50,959 nt of DNA, filler included, from Sphacelaria rigidula (GCA_964200075.2; 2 parts of 2 records of this genome joined end to end with filler, not necessarily neighbours in it); one strand, 5' to 3'; numbered from the whole stretch's first letter, positions 22,201 through 32,327 are shown. Notes: generated by a model not told the origin, from the letters alone. Translations and numbers: made by a program.

Positions 22201-25155
22201 GAGTGCCGCGACGACGTTTGCGTGGCGGAAGGTACCTCTCCCCCACCTTCGCCCGATGGCTGTTCCAACGAGTTCGGCACATGCCACGGCAAGATCCCTT
22301 GCTGTGAAGGCCTAGAGTGCACCAACGACCTGTGCCTGTTGGTCGCCTCCTGCAAGAAGGAATTCGAAGCTTGCGCGGTGAATGCCAACTGCTGTGACGG
22401 CTTGGAATGCGGGAACAACGGCGAGGCAGACGTATGCATGAGGCCGAGTGCTCCGACCCCCGAGCCTGTCACCCCCACTCCTGAACCAGAGCCTGTCTGC
22501 AGTGACGAGTTCGAGGTGTGTACCATGGACAAGGACTGCTGCGAGGGCTTGGAGTGCGGGAACAACGGTGTGGTGGACCTGTGCTTGCTGCCGACCGCGC
22601 CCACCCCCGAGCCGGTGACGCCCACTCCGGAACCAGAGCCCATGTGCGCGAAGGGTTTGGAAGCATGCGACATTGATGCCGACTGCTGCGACGGCCTTGA
22701 GTGCCGCAACGACGGGGATAGGGACCGTGAGTAAAAATCATTTTTGCCCTTTCCCCCCTTTTGACGTAGTCGAGATCGATATAATGTGAAGTACTGCAGG
22801 CTACTCTTCACTAGACTGAGGGGGGTTTTGGGCTACGCTGTTGAAGGACAGCTGATCGATACATGTTTCGCCTGTTTGAACGTATTCTGTTGTCATGTTA
22901 TATGTGTATGAGAAACAAATCCTCACCTGGAACGCCGAAGGCCGCGAACGGTATGGTGAAATTTTGTGTTTGGGCGTACTCGTGGTGAAAATATTCAGCA
23001 CGTGAATTTCACGGCCATAGTAATTGAAGCGTTAGCAGAATGGAAAGCTCGCCGAGACACTGTTCGTGTCTGACCACAATTCTCGACTGTTGCTGCCCCC
23101 GAACGAATTCCTGTGATGCCGACTTCAACCAGTGTGTGTCTTCCCAGCGCCAAACCCGGAGTGCAAGGACGTTGCCGGGGTTTGCGCTTCCTCCGCAGAC
23201 TGCTGCGACGACCTGTTCTGCGCTCTCGGTGGTGAGTTTAGCTTTGCTCTCTGTATCGCTGGTAAAAATGTTGACAAACCTCCGCTGCTGAACCACGTAC
23301 GTCCCTGCTTGTTTTTGGTAGCCTTCATGCATGTATTATTCACATGCTATTTTGCACACGCTTTGAACGTTGTGATGAAAAAGCTTGATATTTCATCGTC
23401 TCGAGTACCGTCGACTGGTAACCCTGAAACCCGCCATTGACTTCTTGCGACATCACAGTGGTCATGTAAAACGTCACACACTTGGTCCTTCGCAGCTTGC
23501 TGTTCGAGCAGAAAGTAGAAAATTTCATTGGCGCCGTCGCTGGTAGGATTAGCCGTCCTCCATACCTCTGGTTCTTTTATCGGGCATATTATGCACTCCG
23601 TGTAAACCTAGCGTTATCGTACCTCGTGTCGTAGACAGTTTGATCCCGGCATCGCTAAAGTAGTGACCCTTTATCGCAGGCAGCATTAATGAATTGCCTG
23701 CCTTTCTAAATCATCTTTGCGCCTTCGCGTTTCGTGTTGACCGTTGCTTCTCGGCAATTGTGTTCTCAGAATGCGTGGGACACTCCGATTGCGGAAATGT
23801 GGCCGACAGCTGTGCTAACGATGAGGGCTGCTGCGGCGATCTCAAGTGCGAGATGGACGGTGCGTGAACAGGGGATAGCTCTCCCGTTGTCTGCGAATCT
23901 ATCTAGCCTGCATGCGAGGCCTTTGCTTCTCGACCCGATTGTGTCGGGCGTATATTCGAGCCGTATTTTGATGGCTGAGCCGTCCAAGACAATCTAAGTG
24001 CTTGGATGTGCTCCCGAGCATACCGAGTTGACGGCGATTAATCCAGGTGTCGAACAGAATGGGAGTATGCGTTCCGAGGGCTATTTGCAGAGTTTCTTGA
24101 TTGGCAACAAAGCTTAGCTCTGCTCTGCTCTATTGTGGCTCGTTGGTGTTGAATCGTAGATGTTGACGAGTGTCTGGTTGCTGCCGCTTCTTCATTCTGA
24201 GGTGCCTTACAGTATCCCGTCCTCTTTGCTTGCACGCCCCGTTCTCCACATATTCACGTTCCATCCTCGTACATAAATCTAAATTCTCATTTTCTCTATT
24301 GTGCCGACGCTGGAAAAAACCATGCAACATAATTACCGCGTTCAGTGTGCGTGGACAAAGAAGCGGCCACCTGCTCAGCTGAGTTCGACCGTTGCGGAGA
24401 TGACGTGAAGTGCTGCGACGGCCTGGAGTGCGACGACACAGGCGAGTACGGGGCAATATCGGGGGGAAGTGGAGATGAATTGATCCCTCGGCCGTAGACG
24501 TTGTATATCAGAGAGTTTCGGAAAACGCTTTTTTTGTCGTTTCAAAGTGCGGATATGTCGGGATCAGAGTGAAAAAATAATTTATTTCCCCCTCCGTAAA
24601 TGTGGTTTCCTCTCGATTTTTGTTTTTTTTCGATCAGGTGTTTTTTGTTTATTCTAAACTTCAGTCTTGCAATATTTGCACTCTCAGATGACGAAATAGC
24701 GTTTGCTCAAACTCTCTGTTGTTCAGACTCCTTCGTAGAGCATATTGACACAGTGGAGATCGAAAGTACTTCCTTTCTTGCTACCCTTCACTGCTTATAT
24801 ACACTCCGGAGCATTTGTTATTGGTTTTTTCGCGACCGGATCCTTGCCTCCCCTTTCATCAGCCGGTGCGTTTTCCCTCTGTTGCCTTCTTGCTTCATGT
24901 GGCATCGATCTTTGTGCTCAGTGTGTGTCGTGCCCGAGGTGCTGTGCGAATTCTTCGGCGGAGCTTGCGGATCCACAGAGGACTGCTGCAAGGGTGGTCT
25001 GGTGTGCATCGATGAACGTGAGTTGGTTGTTGACTAGCATTGACCAGAGACGACTACGTATCCCGTCGTTGTACGGGTACGCTCGTCGATTCATTTCTCA
25101 TCCAGAATGTGCAGTCGTAGTAGATTGGCTGCAATCTTTCGACCTTTTGTCTTGA
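10131..25155 (+). CDS. Secreted multi-knottin (C-C-CC-C-C) repeat protein, 18 exons, ~1566 aa, 32 cysteine modules with PTPEP linkers and an Asp/Ser/Gly repeat
   Basis: Manual splice model: join(10131-10269,12050-12181,13638-14078,15765-15875,16849-17463,17786-17884,18074-18385,18730-18828,19089-19547,20013-20111,20348-21100,21505-21603,21815-22726,23133-23231,23770-23859,24346-24441,24922-25017,25106-25155) = 4701 nt with an open frame. All introns are phase 1 with AG acceptors and GT donors (one GC donor at 24442). The N-terminus MPSLSQMRTVGTATVVLLAGLPAVLG-TWGHH is signal-peptide-like (alternative ATG at 10149). Dominant module: C-x6-C-x5-CC-x4-C-x8-C (CAKEFDACADSADCCEGLECGNNGEADLC). The terminal exon 25106-25155 is the least certain part. 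Confidence 0.88.
11203..11635. mobile_element. MITE-like element with imperfect terminal inverted repeats (intron 1 of the multi-knottin gene)
   Basis: Left end GGTTAGGGTAGGGTAC versus right end GTAACCTACCCTACCATACCC. Internal GGGTATCGAC..CCGAAATACC is repeated (~11299, ~11587). A related fragment lies at 29540-29600. Confidence 0.55.
13674..13950 (+). repeat. Coding 36-bp tandem repeat (DSSDDSGSGKDG/S) x7 plus a degenerate copy, in exon 3
   Basis: The unit gactctagtgacgacagcgggtctggaaaagacggc is repeated in frame inside exon 13638-14078. Confidence 0.92.
15123..15472 (-). mobile_element. tRNA-derived SINE-like element, family A (intron 3 of the multi-knottin gene)
   Basis: The reverse complement begins CCGGTCGCCCGGGTGGCTCAGTTG...GGATTCGAATCTCGG and shares the body of 6140-6479. 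Confidence 0.75.
16170..16384 (-). mobile_element. Internally deleted/diverged family-A SINE-like copy (intron 4)
   Basis: TATGTGGGCGCATCAACCAGGGTCACACAGGAGGAAGGTCAA matches the reverse complement of ~6405-6445; B-box GGGTTCGAATC on the minus strand near 16320. Confidence 0.7.
16849..22726 (+). repeat. Tandem segmental duplication of a long-exon + 99-nt-exon unit (4 copies of the 99-nt exon) with a nested 147-bp coding repeat
   Basis: The 99-nt exons at 17786, 18730, 20013 and 21505 all encode VCS(E/D)(K/R)CGVEADVCSADPx(I/L)TERECCxGFQCV(D/E)D. Long exons of 312, 459 and 753 nt differ by multiples of 147. Intron 3' ends (ACTGA(C/T)G...TCTCGGGCAG) are homologous between copies. Confidence 0.92.
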
Positions 25156-25370
25156 CTTACCAGACACTTGTCAACAAAATGTACGATCCTCCCGAGCTGC
25201 TCATGCAACCGTTCACTCCTGATAAAGAATTTCTTAGTAATTGAACTGCTACACATGCGGTACAAATGTCATGGTACAAATCCTGTATCGGATCACTTAT
25301 TCAACAGTACACTACAGCAGACTGCATCCGCCAACGCCTCGACCGTCAACTATAGAAGAGCAGACTGGGC

Positions 25371-25411
<41 letters not shown>

Positions 25412-25437
25412 CCCCACACCAACCACCAACGCGACAC

Positions 25438-25537
25438 NNNNNNNNNNNNNNNNNNNNNNNNNNNNNNNNNNNNNNNNNNNNTTAATTAATTAANNNNNNN
25501 NNNNNNNNNNNNNNNNNNNNNNNNNNNNNNNNNNNNN
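25438..25537. other. Artificial scaffold gap (100 nt of N with an embedded TTAATTAATTAA spacer)
   Basis: N runs flank TTAATTAATTAA at 25482-25493, a palindromic six-frame-stop linker of the kind used to join contigs. Confidence 0.9.
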
Positions 25538-26690
25538 CCTACGATACCAGGGTATTTCGAGATTCCAATACCTACCGTACCCGCCCAGTCCGGTATTTTG
25601 AAATGTCATACCTACGATACCTACGATACCAGGGTACTTCGAGATTTCAGTACCTACCGTACCCGCCCAGTCCGGTATTATCGAAACTCATACCTACGAT
25701 ACCTACGATACCAGGGTACTTCGAGATTTCAGTACCTACCGTACCCGCCCAATCCGGTATTTTCAAAACTCATACCTACGATACCTACGATACCAGGGTA
25801 TTTTGAGATTTCAATACCTACCGTACCCGCCCAGTCCGGTATTTTGGAATGTCATACCCACGATACCTACGATACCAGGGTATTTCGAGATTTCAATACC
25901 TACCGTACCGCCCCAATCTGGTATTTTGAAATGTCGTATCTACGATACCTACGCAAAGCACGGTATAGGATACCCCGGTAAATACCGGGGGACGCTCGGT
26001 ACGGTACCTCACCTACGGTGCCTGTGAAAACTTCGACTGCCCAGCTTGCACCCTGATCTGAAACGCTTCGCACTGCCAGATGACAGTTTTGAACTCGGTA
26101 TAGAAGGTAAGGCAGGTACCCGGTACCGGTATTTGGGACATCTCATATCCTACAGATACGGACCCGATCCGGTATTTTCGAAACTCATACCTACGATACC
26201 TACGATACCACGGTATTTCGAGATTTCAACACCTACCGTACTTGCCAACTCCGGTATTTTCGAAACTCATACCTACGATACCTGTGATACCAGGGTATTC
26301 CGAGATTTCAATACCTACCGTACCCGCCAAATCCGGCATTTTGAAATGTCATACACCTACGATACCTACGATACCAGGGTATTTCGAAATTTCAATACCT
26401 ACCGCACCCGCCCAATCCGGTATTTTCAAAACTCATACCTACGATACCTACGATACCTACGATACCAGGGTATTTCGAAATTTCAATACCTACCGTACCC
26501 GCCCAATCCGGTATTTTGGAATGTCATACCCACGATACCTACGATACCAGGGTATTTTGAGATTTCAATACCTACCGTACCGGCCCAATCTGGTATTTTG
26601 GAATGTCATACTCACGATACCTACGCAAAGCACGGTATGGGATACCCCGGTAAATACCGGGGGTACGCTCGGTACGGTACCTCACCTCCG
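25538..26690. repeat. Two adjacent copies of an element built from an ~82-bp tandem unit (CCTACGATACCTACGATACCAGGGTATTTCGAGATTTCAATACCTACCGTACCCGCCCAATCCGGTATTTT...)
   Basis: Unit starts at 25611, 25693 and 25775 (82-bp period). Both arrays end with the same cap (TACGCAAAGCACGGTAT..GATACCCCGGTAAATACCGGGGG..CGCTCGGTACGGTACCTCACCT) at ~25950-26015 and ~26622-26688. The second copy starts near 26106 with GGTAAGGCAGGTACC. Confidence 0.88.
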
Positions 26691-26984
26691 GTCCTGTGGA
26701 AAGTACCTAGCCAGTAAAATACGTAAAAACATGGGCACCGTACTGTGTGGTGCCAGCATTCGTTTTTTGACCAATCTGAGCGTCGAACGTGTACGCGAGG
26801 GTCAAGGAACCCTGGTGACAAGTATTGTAGTTTCGACTCGCGGCTGCCTACAGACAGTAGCTCGACCACCACAACAAGGAGCGAGGAGGCTTTCGAAATG
26901 AGATTAGCTTGTCCGCGTGTGCACTTCTTCTTCCCAACACTCTGTACTACGATCAACCACAAACAGATAACACTTTTATCGTAC

Positions 26985-27128
26985 CTTCGCTGGAAACCAA
27001 ACACCATCGATGTCCCTCTCCACCACATCGTCCACCCGCAGTCTTCTCTGTGGAGAACAACCGTCATCCCCCCCGAAATCCTGGCGGCTCTGCGTATGGC
27101 CCCGCTGGCCAGTCTTATCACCAAGCAT
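26985..27128 (-). CDS. Probable first coding exon of a minus-strand gene beginning a Tudor/Agenet-like strand motif
   Basis: ATG at 27128 gives MLGDKTGQRGHTQSRQDFGGDDGCSPQRRLRVDDVVERDIDGVWFPAK, then donor AAG|GTACGA. 'VDDVVERDIDGVWFPAK' resembles the Tudor/Agenet VGxxVE...DGxWxxAxV pattern. Downstream exons were not identified (a scaffold gap lies downstream). Confidence 0.45.
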
Positions 27129-27685
27129 TTCATCCGGATCGCTGCTGCGACAGTTTGCACGCCACCGTCTTGTCGTTATTGAACTGTACAAACCCAAGAA
27201 CAGCGCCCGGAATATATTGTTGCAATAGGCTGGTGAGGACACACAAGCACTGTTCTACTTTCTCCATGGCACGCTGACCTCGCAACGATGCTCTGTACTT
27301 TCCTACACGAGATCTAACGTCGCGAACGCCAGATGACCTTGCATCCGCCTAGAAAAACATGCCTGCCCAACGGCACACAAAGCCACACGAAATCCACGTA
27401 TATTTCACCTCCGTAGTTGATGGATGACTGATTATGGAGCAAGGGGGGGGCAGGATACAACCTCCCGGTCGTCCAACCCAGGTTCAAAACACCTGTGCCT
27501 TCCACGCTGGACGCGCAAAAGTCCTGTTTGGATATTCGAAAAAAACAATAGCAGCTCAGTTCACTAATGGAAAATGACTCACCTTCCGAAGCGTGTCCGG
27601 GTAGCGTCTGGAGTGTCGTTTGTGCTGTACTTTGCGGGTGCAGAAGAGCTTTACACCCGAGAGTCGCTTAGCAGTACAGTACAAC

Positions 27686-30600
27686 ATGGTGGAGCTTAAG
27701 CCGCACCAGATTCCGGGGCACAGGTTTTATGTGGACAAGGCAACAGCGCCCGTGCACTGGCACAAGCTTCCCTTCCACAAACAGGCTATTTCGCACCTAA
27801 CGCACAAGCCCTACTTACCCTTCTTGATGGGCGGAATGTGAGTTGTGTCAAGTCACTTGGAGCCGGGAAAAGGCACACATCCTTTGCAGGGTGATAAAGA
27901 GAAGGGTGGTGCCTGCAGCAATCGCAATCGTTGCGATACTTATGTTCGTCTCGTGATGGTGATTTTTACCCCTATTTTCTCAACCCCTGTGCTGCGTTGC
28001 TTGCGTGTAGCAGAGCAGACTGCAAACTTTACCGTTGCTGGTCCTTGCTGTTGCCGAGCAGCGCAATAGAACGCAGACGTGTAATTCTTATTTACTCTTC
28101 ACTCACCTGGCTTGTCGATGTGTTCGTCGAGAATCGGATGGCCGCGTTAGATCATGAGTAGTAGTGCCGTGCCCTCAGCTGTGCTCCCCTCATTCAGAGC
28201 CTCCCCGTAAAATAAGTCTTGCGAAGCATGCATTATGTACGCTGCGACTTGAACACAACCGTTCTGTTGTTCAGTACCATCTAGTCCACTGATGGAGAAA
28301 AGAGGGAAGATGTATCCGCAGGCGCTCAGTTCTTGGCATATGCTCGTACACACGTTGCGCACTTCACGTGAGCACATTGGTCAATCTGCTCATGCTAGGT
28401 GCAGAGCAAATCGACTGTCACCGGACACAAACAAGTGACGCTTTGCTGTCTGCACTATGTGGAACATTTACCGGCGTTGTTGTTCCCAACCCCTATACCT
28501 GTCGGTCATTTCTCCGGGATCAATTCAGCAAAATACCATTCGCGTGTGATGCATTTGTATTCTTCGCGTGTGCATCATGTCGGGTCCCTCCACTACCGCA
28601 CACAGGACAGACAATACAACAACAGCCAGTGCAGCACTGTCCATCATGGTATGACGCCAATCGACTAATGATTTGACGTACCACCTGACATGGTGCTTGT
28701 TTTTCTGTCTCGTAAGGTACACAGATGCTACATAGATAGTTCATGAGTTTGTGACCCTGAATTTGTCCACATCCTTGCAAGATGTATCTCGCTAGACTCG
28801 TGTCAAACCCCGTCCACGGGCAGTACAGAGAATCAGCGATGTACAGGGAGAAAATCGTGCATAAGTCACTATGCCATACTCCAACCCATCTTCGATCCAT
28901 TCCGTGAGATGTTCTCCGCGGCTCAGTGCCTCATCCCAGGTTTCTTCACCTCGATGCATGAACGTGCCATCCACAGTTTGATCCACGACGGCGGCGCATC
29001 CAGGACCCTATCGCTGTGATCGTGAGCGTCACTTTTTCCTTCGTTCAATTACTCCGTATATATTTTTCATTTATTCCCCACGCGAAGACGTTCGACCCCT
29101 GGGGCTGACTGCTTTTTGTGTCCACATACAAGCTACTCACTGTTTCAACGGTGGGCTTGTCCCTCTACCGGTTTGCTCGTCTGACGAGTAGTCGTTAAAC
29201 TCTTGCAGCCTAGGTTTCGGAGACCACCACCACTCCTTACACCTGCTGTACCAGTACGGTAGTTATCATACATGATTTTACCCGACAAGGACCGCCCCGA
29301 CGATCGTCCGCAGGAAGGAGCACGGTGATACCTCCGTTCATATCGACAAAGTAGCTCATACAGTGCCCCACCTTTGCGTATACACGACATACAAACATGT
29401 TTGACATCCATGCACGAGCGGAAGCCCCCTGACATGCCTGTCAAAAGCACCCCACGCAGTTGTACATGACCCACCCGGCGTCTTCCTTGCTGTTCTGAAA
29501 GACGTGAAGTTTTTTTCGTCGCTGTTTTGTACGACGTTGCAGGGTACTCGGGGTTTCGACACCCGAAAAATCCCTGCCCCGTACCCTACCTTACCCGGCT
29601 GTCGATTCATCATCTTTGGAACAATGCCTTCCTGGCGGGTTACCCCGGAGTCAATGGCGAACGGCGTGGCAGCCACGGATCTGCACATTTACATGTGTAA
29701 ACTCACTGTTTTTTATTTTTCCTCACACTTTGAACCCCTTCCCTTCCTCGGGATGAGTCCGTTGTCTCAAGGGATCAGCCCATCGCACTCCCGGTCAGCC
29801 CCGCCCTAGTCATCAGCCTATAGACCGCGAATCCNNNNNNNNNNCTACTTTGTTTGCTCACGTTCTCACGCTTTCCACGGTGGAAATCATACATGACGAA
29901 GAAAAAAACCAACGCGACGGTACGTTGGGAGTCCAGGCTCATACAGACGAGTGTACACACTTGGGAAGCACAGAATCCTGTTGAAGGGTGACACGTGTTT
30001 TCGCATAGGCCGAAATATATGCTAGGTCCTCCTCATGGGTGCTGTTCACTCAACTTTTGTCAACCAGGCTCATATGCCACGAGCGGCCATCCAATTTTAC
30101 GTCTCATTCACCAGAGAAACATACTTTTAATGGATACTTTCAAACGATAGCGTATCACCCATGATTTGTTTTTGATACCACTCCGCAGGAAGCTGCGAAA
30201 TCCCGAGGTGCAATCAAACTTGCTCATGCAGATTTCACCTCGTTCACCTTCGCCCCGAACAACGTTCTCGGCGGAACTCGAATGTCCACTTTTTTGTCCC
30301 TTGCGCCGGTGCTTTTTTATTTTTGTCCCCCCCCCTCCGACCCCCACTTCCCGGAACGAGTGCGTGATAATCACCCGTTGTTTTCCCGTCGACTTTCTTC
30401 GGATTTCTATTTTTTACTCTCTCTCACGCATTTAAAGACGGAAACCGGATGGCAAATATGTTCTCTCACGATTTGAATCCACGTAATCCTTCAAGCCGGG
30501 CGTTGAATTATCACCTCTCGAGTCGCGGCGATTGTGCTTTGTACTTGGTATCGAGCATTGGAGCAGCACTGGTGCAGTCCTTCGATTGTAATCGATTTTC

Positions 30601-31682
30601 TCTCCCTAAATCTCGGAATGTGCAAGAGAATAGCGTCTCGCTGCACGTGCTTTGAAAAGCATATCGAGTTTTGCGGGCTGTCTCCTGTATGTGTAGTTCT
30701 TAAGGTTGAACCTTTCGGAGCCGTTGATGAAAAAATGATGATTTGTAATTAACGTTCTATTGGGCAAGATATGGCTGTTTTTTCTGCATTTGTTGATTGT
30801 GCAGTACCGAAACGGTGGGCCACTCTTGACTTCAAGTTTAATGTGACAGATTCGTGCACCGAAGTCGAAGTGACGTTTTCTGTTGACGGAAGTTCGTATA
30901 TTGCAGTTTTCACTGTTTGTCGCGAGTTCCAAAAATATTGAGGTTTGTCTCGTATTTATGTACCCCATCCAGGTATGAGTTCGGTGTTGATTTCGATAAA
31001 ATGCTATGTTCCTCGTTCATACAGAACGTGATTCTCTGCCAAGTACAGATGGAAGTGTACGATTAGGATGCAGTGAAATAATCGTTTTGTTTTCTCTCAC
31101 AAGATGACACATCATGGCGGGGGCGTGGCTCGTCTTTTGAGTAATGTTCATTGAATCCCATCGTATCTACCAATGTATCCTCTGTCGTTCGTATAAACTC
31201 GGACGCAGATTCAATGCTCCCACATCCTGGGCTCATAATCATGACATGATGTACCCTCCCTCCACGATGTGCCACCTCCTCGTTGTGTTACTTCGCCTCC
31301 GCCCCACGTATACCCACCGTCCAGTCTCGTCTCACGATGTAGCGATGACGTCGGTTGTGACGCTTTTTTATGGACTGTATAGAGTATATAATTAGGCATC
31401 TATGTATGGATGACTGTTATCTGCCCCCTTCTTATTCGTGACTTCATTTGTTCTCGATAGATGGACATGTGTCGATACTTGAACTTCGCTGAGTCCTTCA
31501 TTCTCCTGTTCCTGCCTCCTTGTTTTCGATTTCCCGCGCTGCTTTCCTCCCTGTTTTCCAGTGTCGCCACTCTCGTGGTGGGCACCATTATTCCGGCTAT
31601 GTCGCTTACAAAGGAGGACAAGGAGGCGTCGGTATACGGCCAGATGAGGGCCCGGACCTACCAGTTCCCCGAAGACCACTAA
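27686..31682 (+). CDS. ATP18: Small single-TM protein (90 aa), mitochondrial ATP synthase subunit i/j (ATP18 / plant 6-kDa subunit)-like
   Basis: join(27686-27837,31562-31682) with a phase-2 intron (AT|GTGAGT ... TTCCAG|T) gives MVELKPHQIPGHRFYVDKATAPVHWHKLPFHKQAISHLTHKPYLPFLMGGIVATLVVGTIIPAMSLTKEDKEASVYGQMRARTYQFPEDH*. From memory, KPYLPFLMGG resembles the yeast Atp18 'YWPFF' motif and LTKEDKEASVY resembles the plant 6-kDa subunit 'LTEED..NSKF' tail. The gene structure is more certain than the family assignment. Confidence 0.6.
29715..29915 (-). mobile_element. 5'-truncated family-B repeat copy (contains small N gap)
   Basis: Aligns by eye with 50040-50270. Confidence 0.55.
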
Positions 31683-32327
31683 AGCCATCGTATATTCGGC
31701 TGCACCTTGGGGGGGGGGTGGAATAGGGGAAATAGGAACATGTACGGCTATTCTGAGAAGAGTGCGTTGGACATGGATGTGAGACGCGTGCGGCTGCTCT
31801 GAGAAGAGCAAGTCCCGACACATGGTTGACCTCGAGGGAAGAAATGGGTCAGGGCGGGGGGGGGAAGTTGCTTCCGCAACCGTACAGTGGTATACTGTAG
31901 TCATGTCTCCGGTTGATTTCGATGGAAGAGTTGAGACGTGCGTTGAGACGTACGCAGTTATGGGCATCGCTTCAGTGTATCCATGCTGTACGTTCGGGAA
32001 TGGGCACTGCTGGGGTTGAAGGAAATAGGGGTGGTCGATCGCGAAAGGAGGGAAATGTAGGCAGTCAGTTGGCTATGTCTGCCAAGAGATGACCCAAGTG
32101 CAGCCAGGTTTCATTCCGAAAAGATGCGTTAGAAGAAGTCACCCTAGGTTTTTTGGGGGGGGTGAGCCTGGGTGAGCGATCACTTCCCCACTTTTATCAA
32201 CAATTTATGTGCACAATGGTTCACGCTTGAGTACGTGGAGTGCCGCATGTTTGAACGCTTCGTGTTTGACAATGCAGATGTCCACATGAGCAATTATGAC
32301 TGCAGTGTCAAGAGTGACACAGCGTCT

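Noticed and set aside
16849-22726. Toxin polyprotein processed into individual knottin peptides
   Set aside because: The linkers are Pro/Thr/Glu-rich and lack dibasic or other repeated protease sites, and the modules are acidic. An intact multivalent protein is more parsimonious.
16802-22811. Long minus-strand ORFs (e.g. 21492-22811, 18613-19491, 20286-21044) with GSGVGVTGSG repeats
   Set aside because: They are antisense shadows of the repetitive GC-rich plus-strand exons. The splice signals and Cys pattern support only the + strand.
25482-25493. Palindromic TTAATTAATTAA island
   Set aside because: It is embedded in N runs and is an artificial contig linker, not biological sequence.
25538-26901. 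ORFs with IPTIPTIPGYFEIS / YDTYDTRVF repeats; CRISPR-like periodicity
   Set aside because: These are translations of an 82-bp satellite. Units are contiguous with no unique spacers, there are no cas genes, and the context is eukaryotic.
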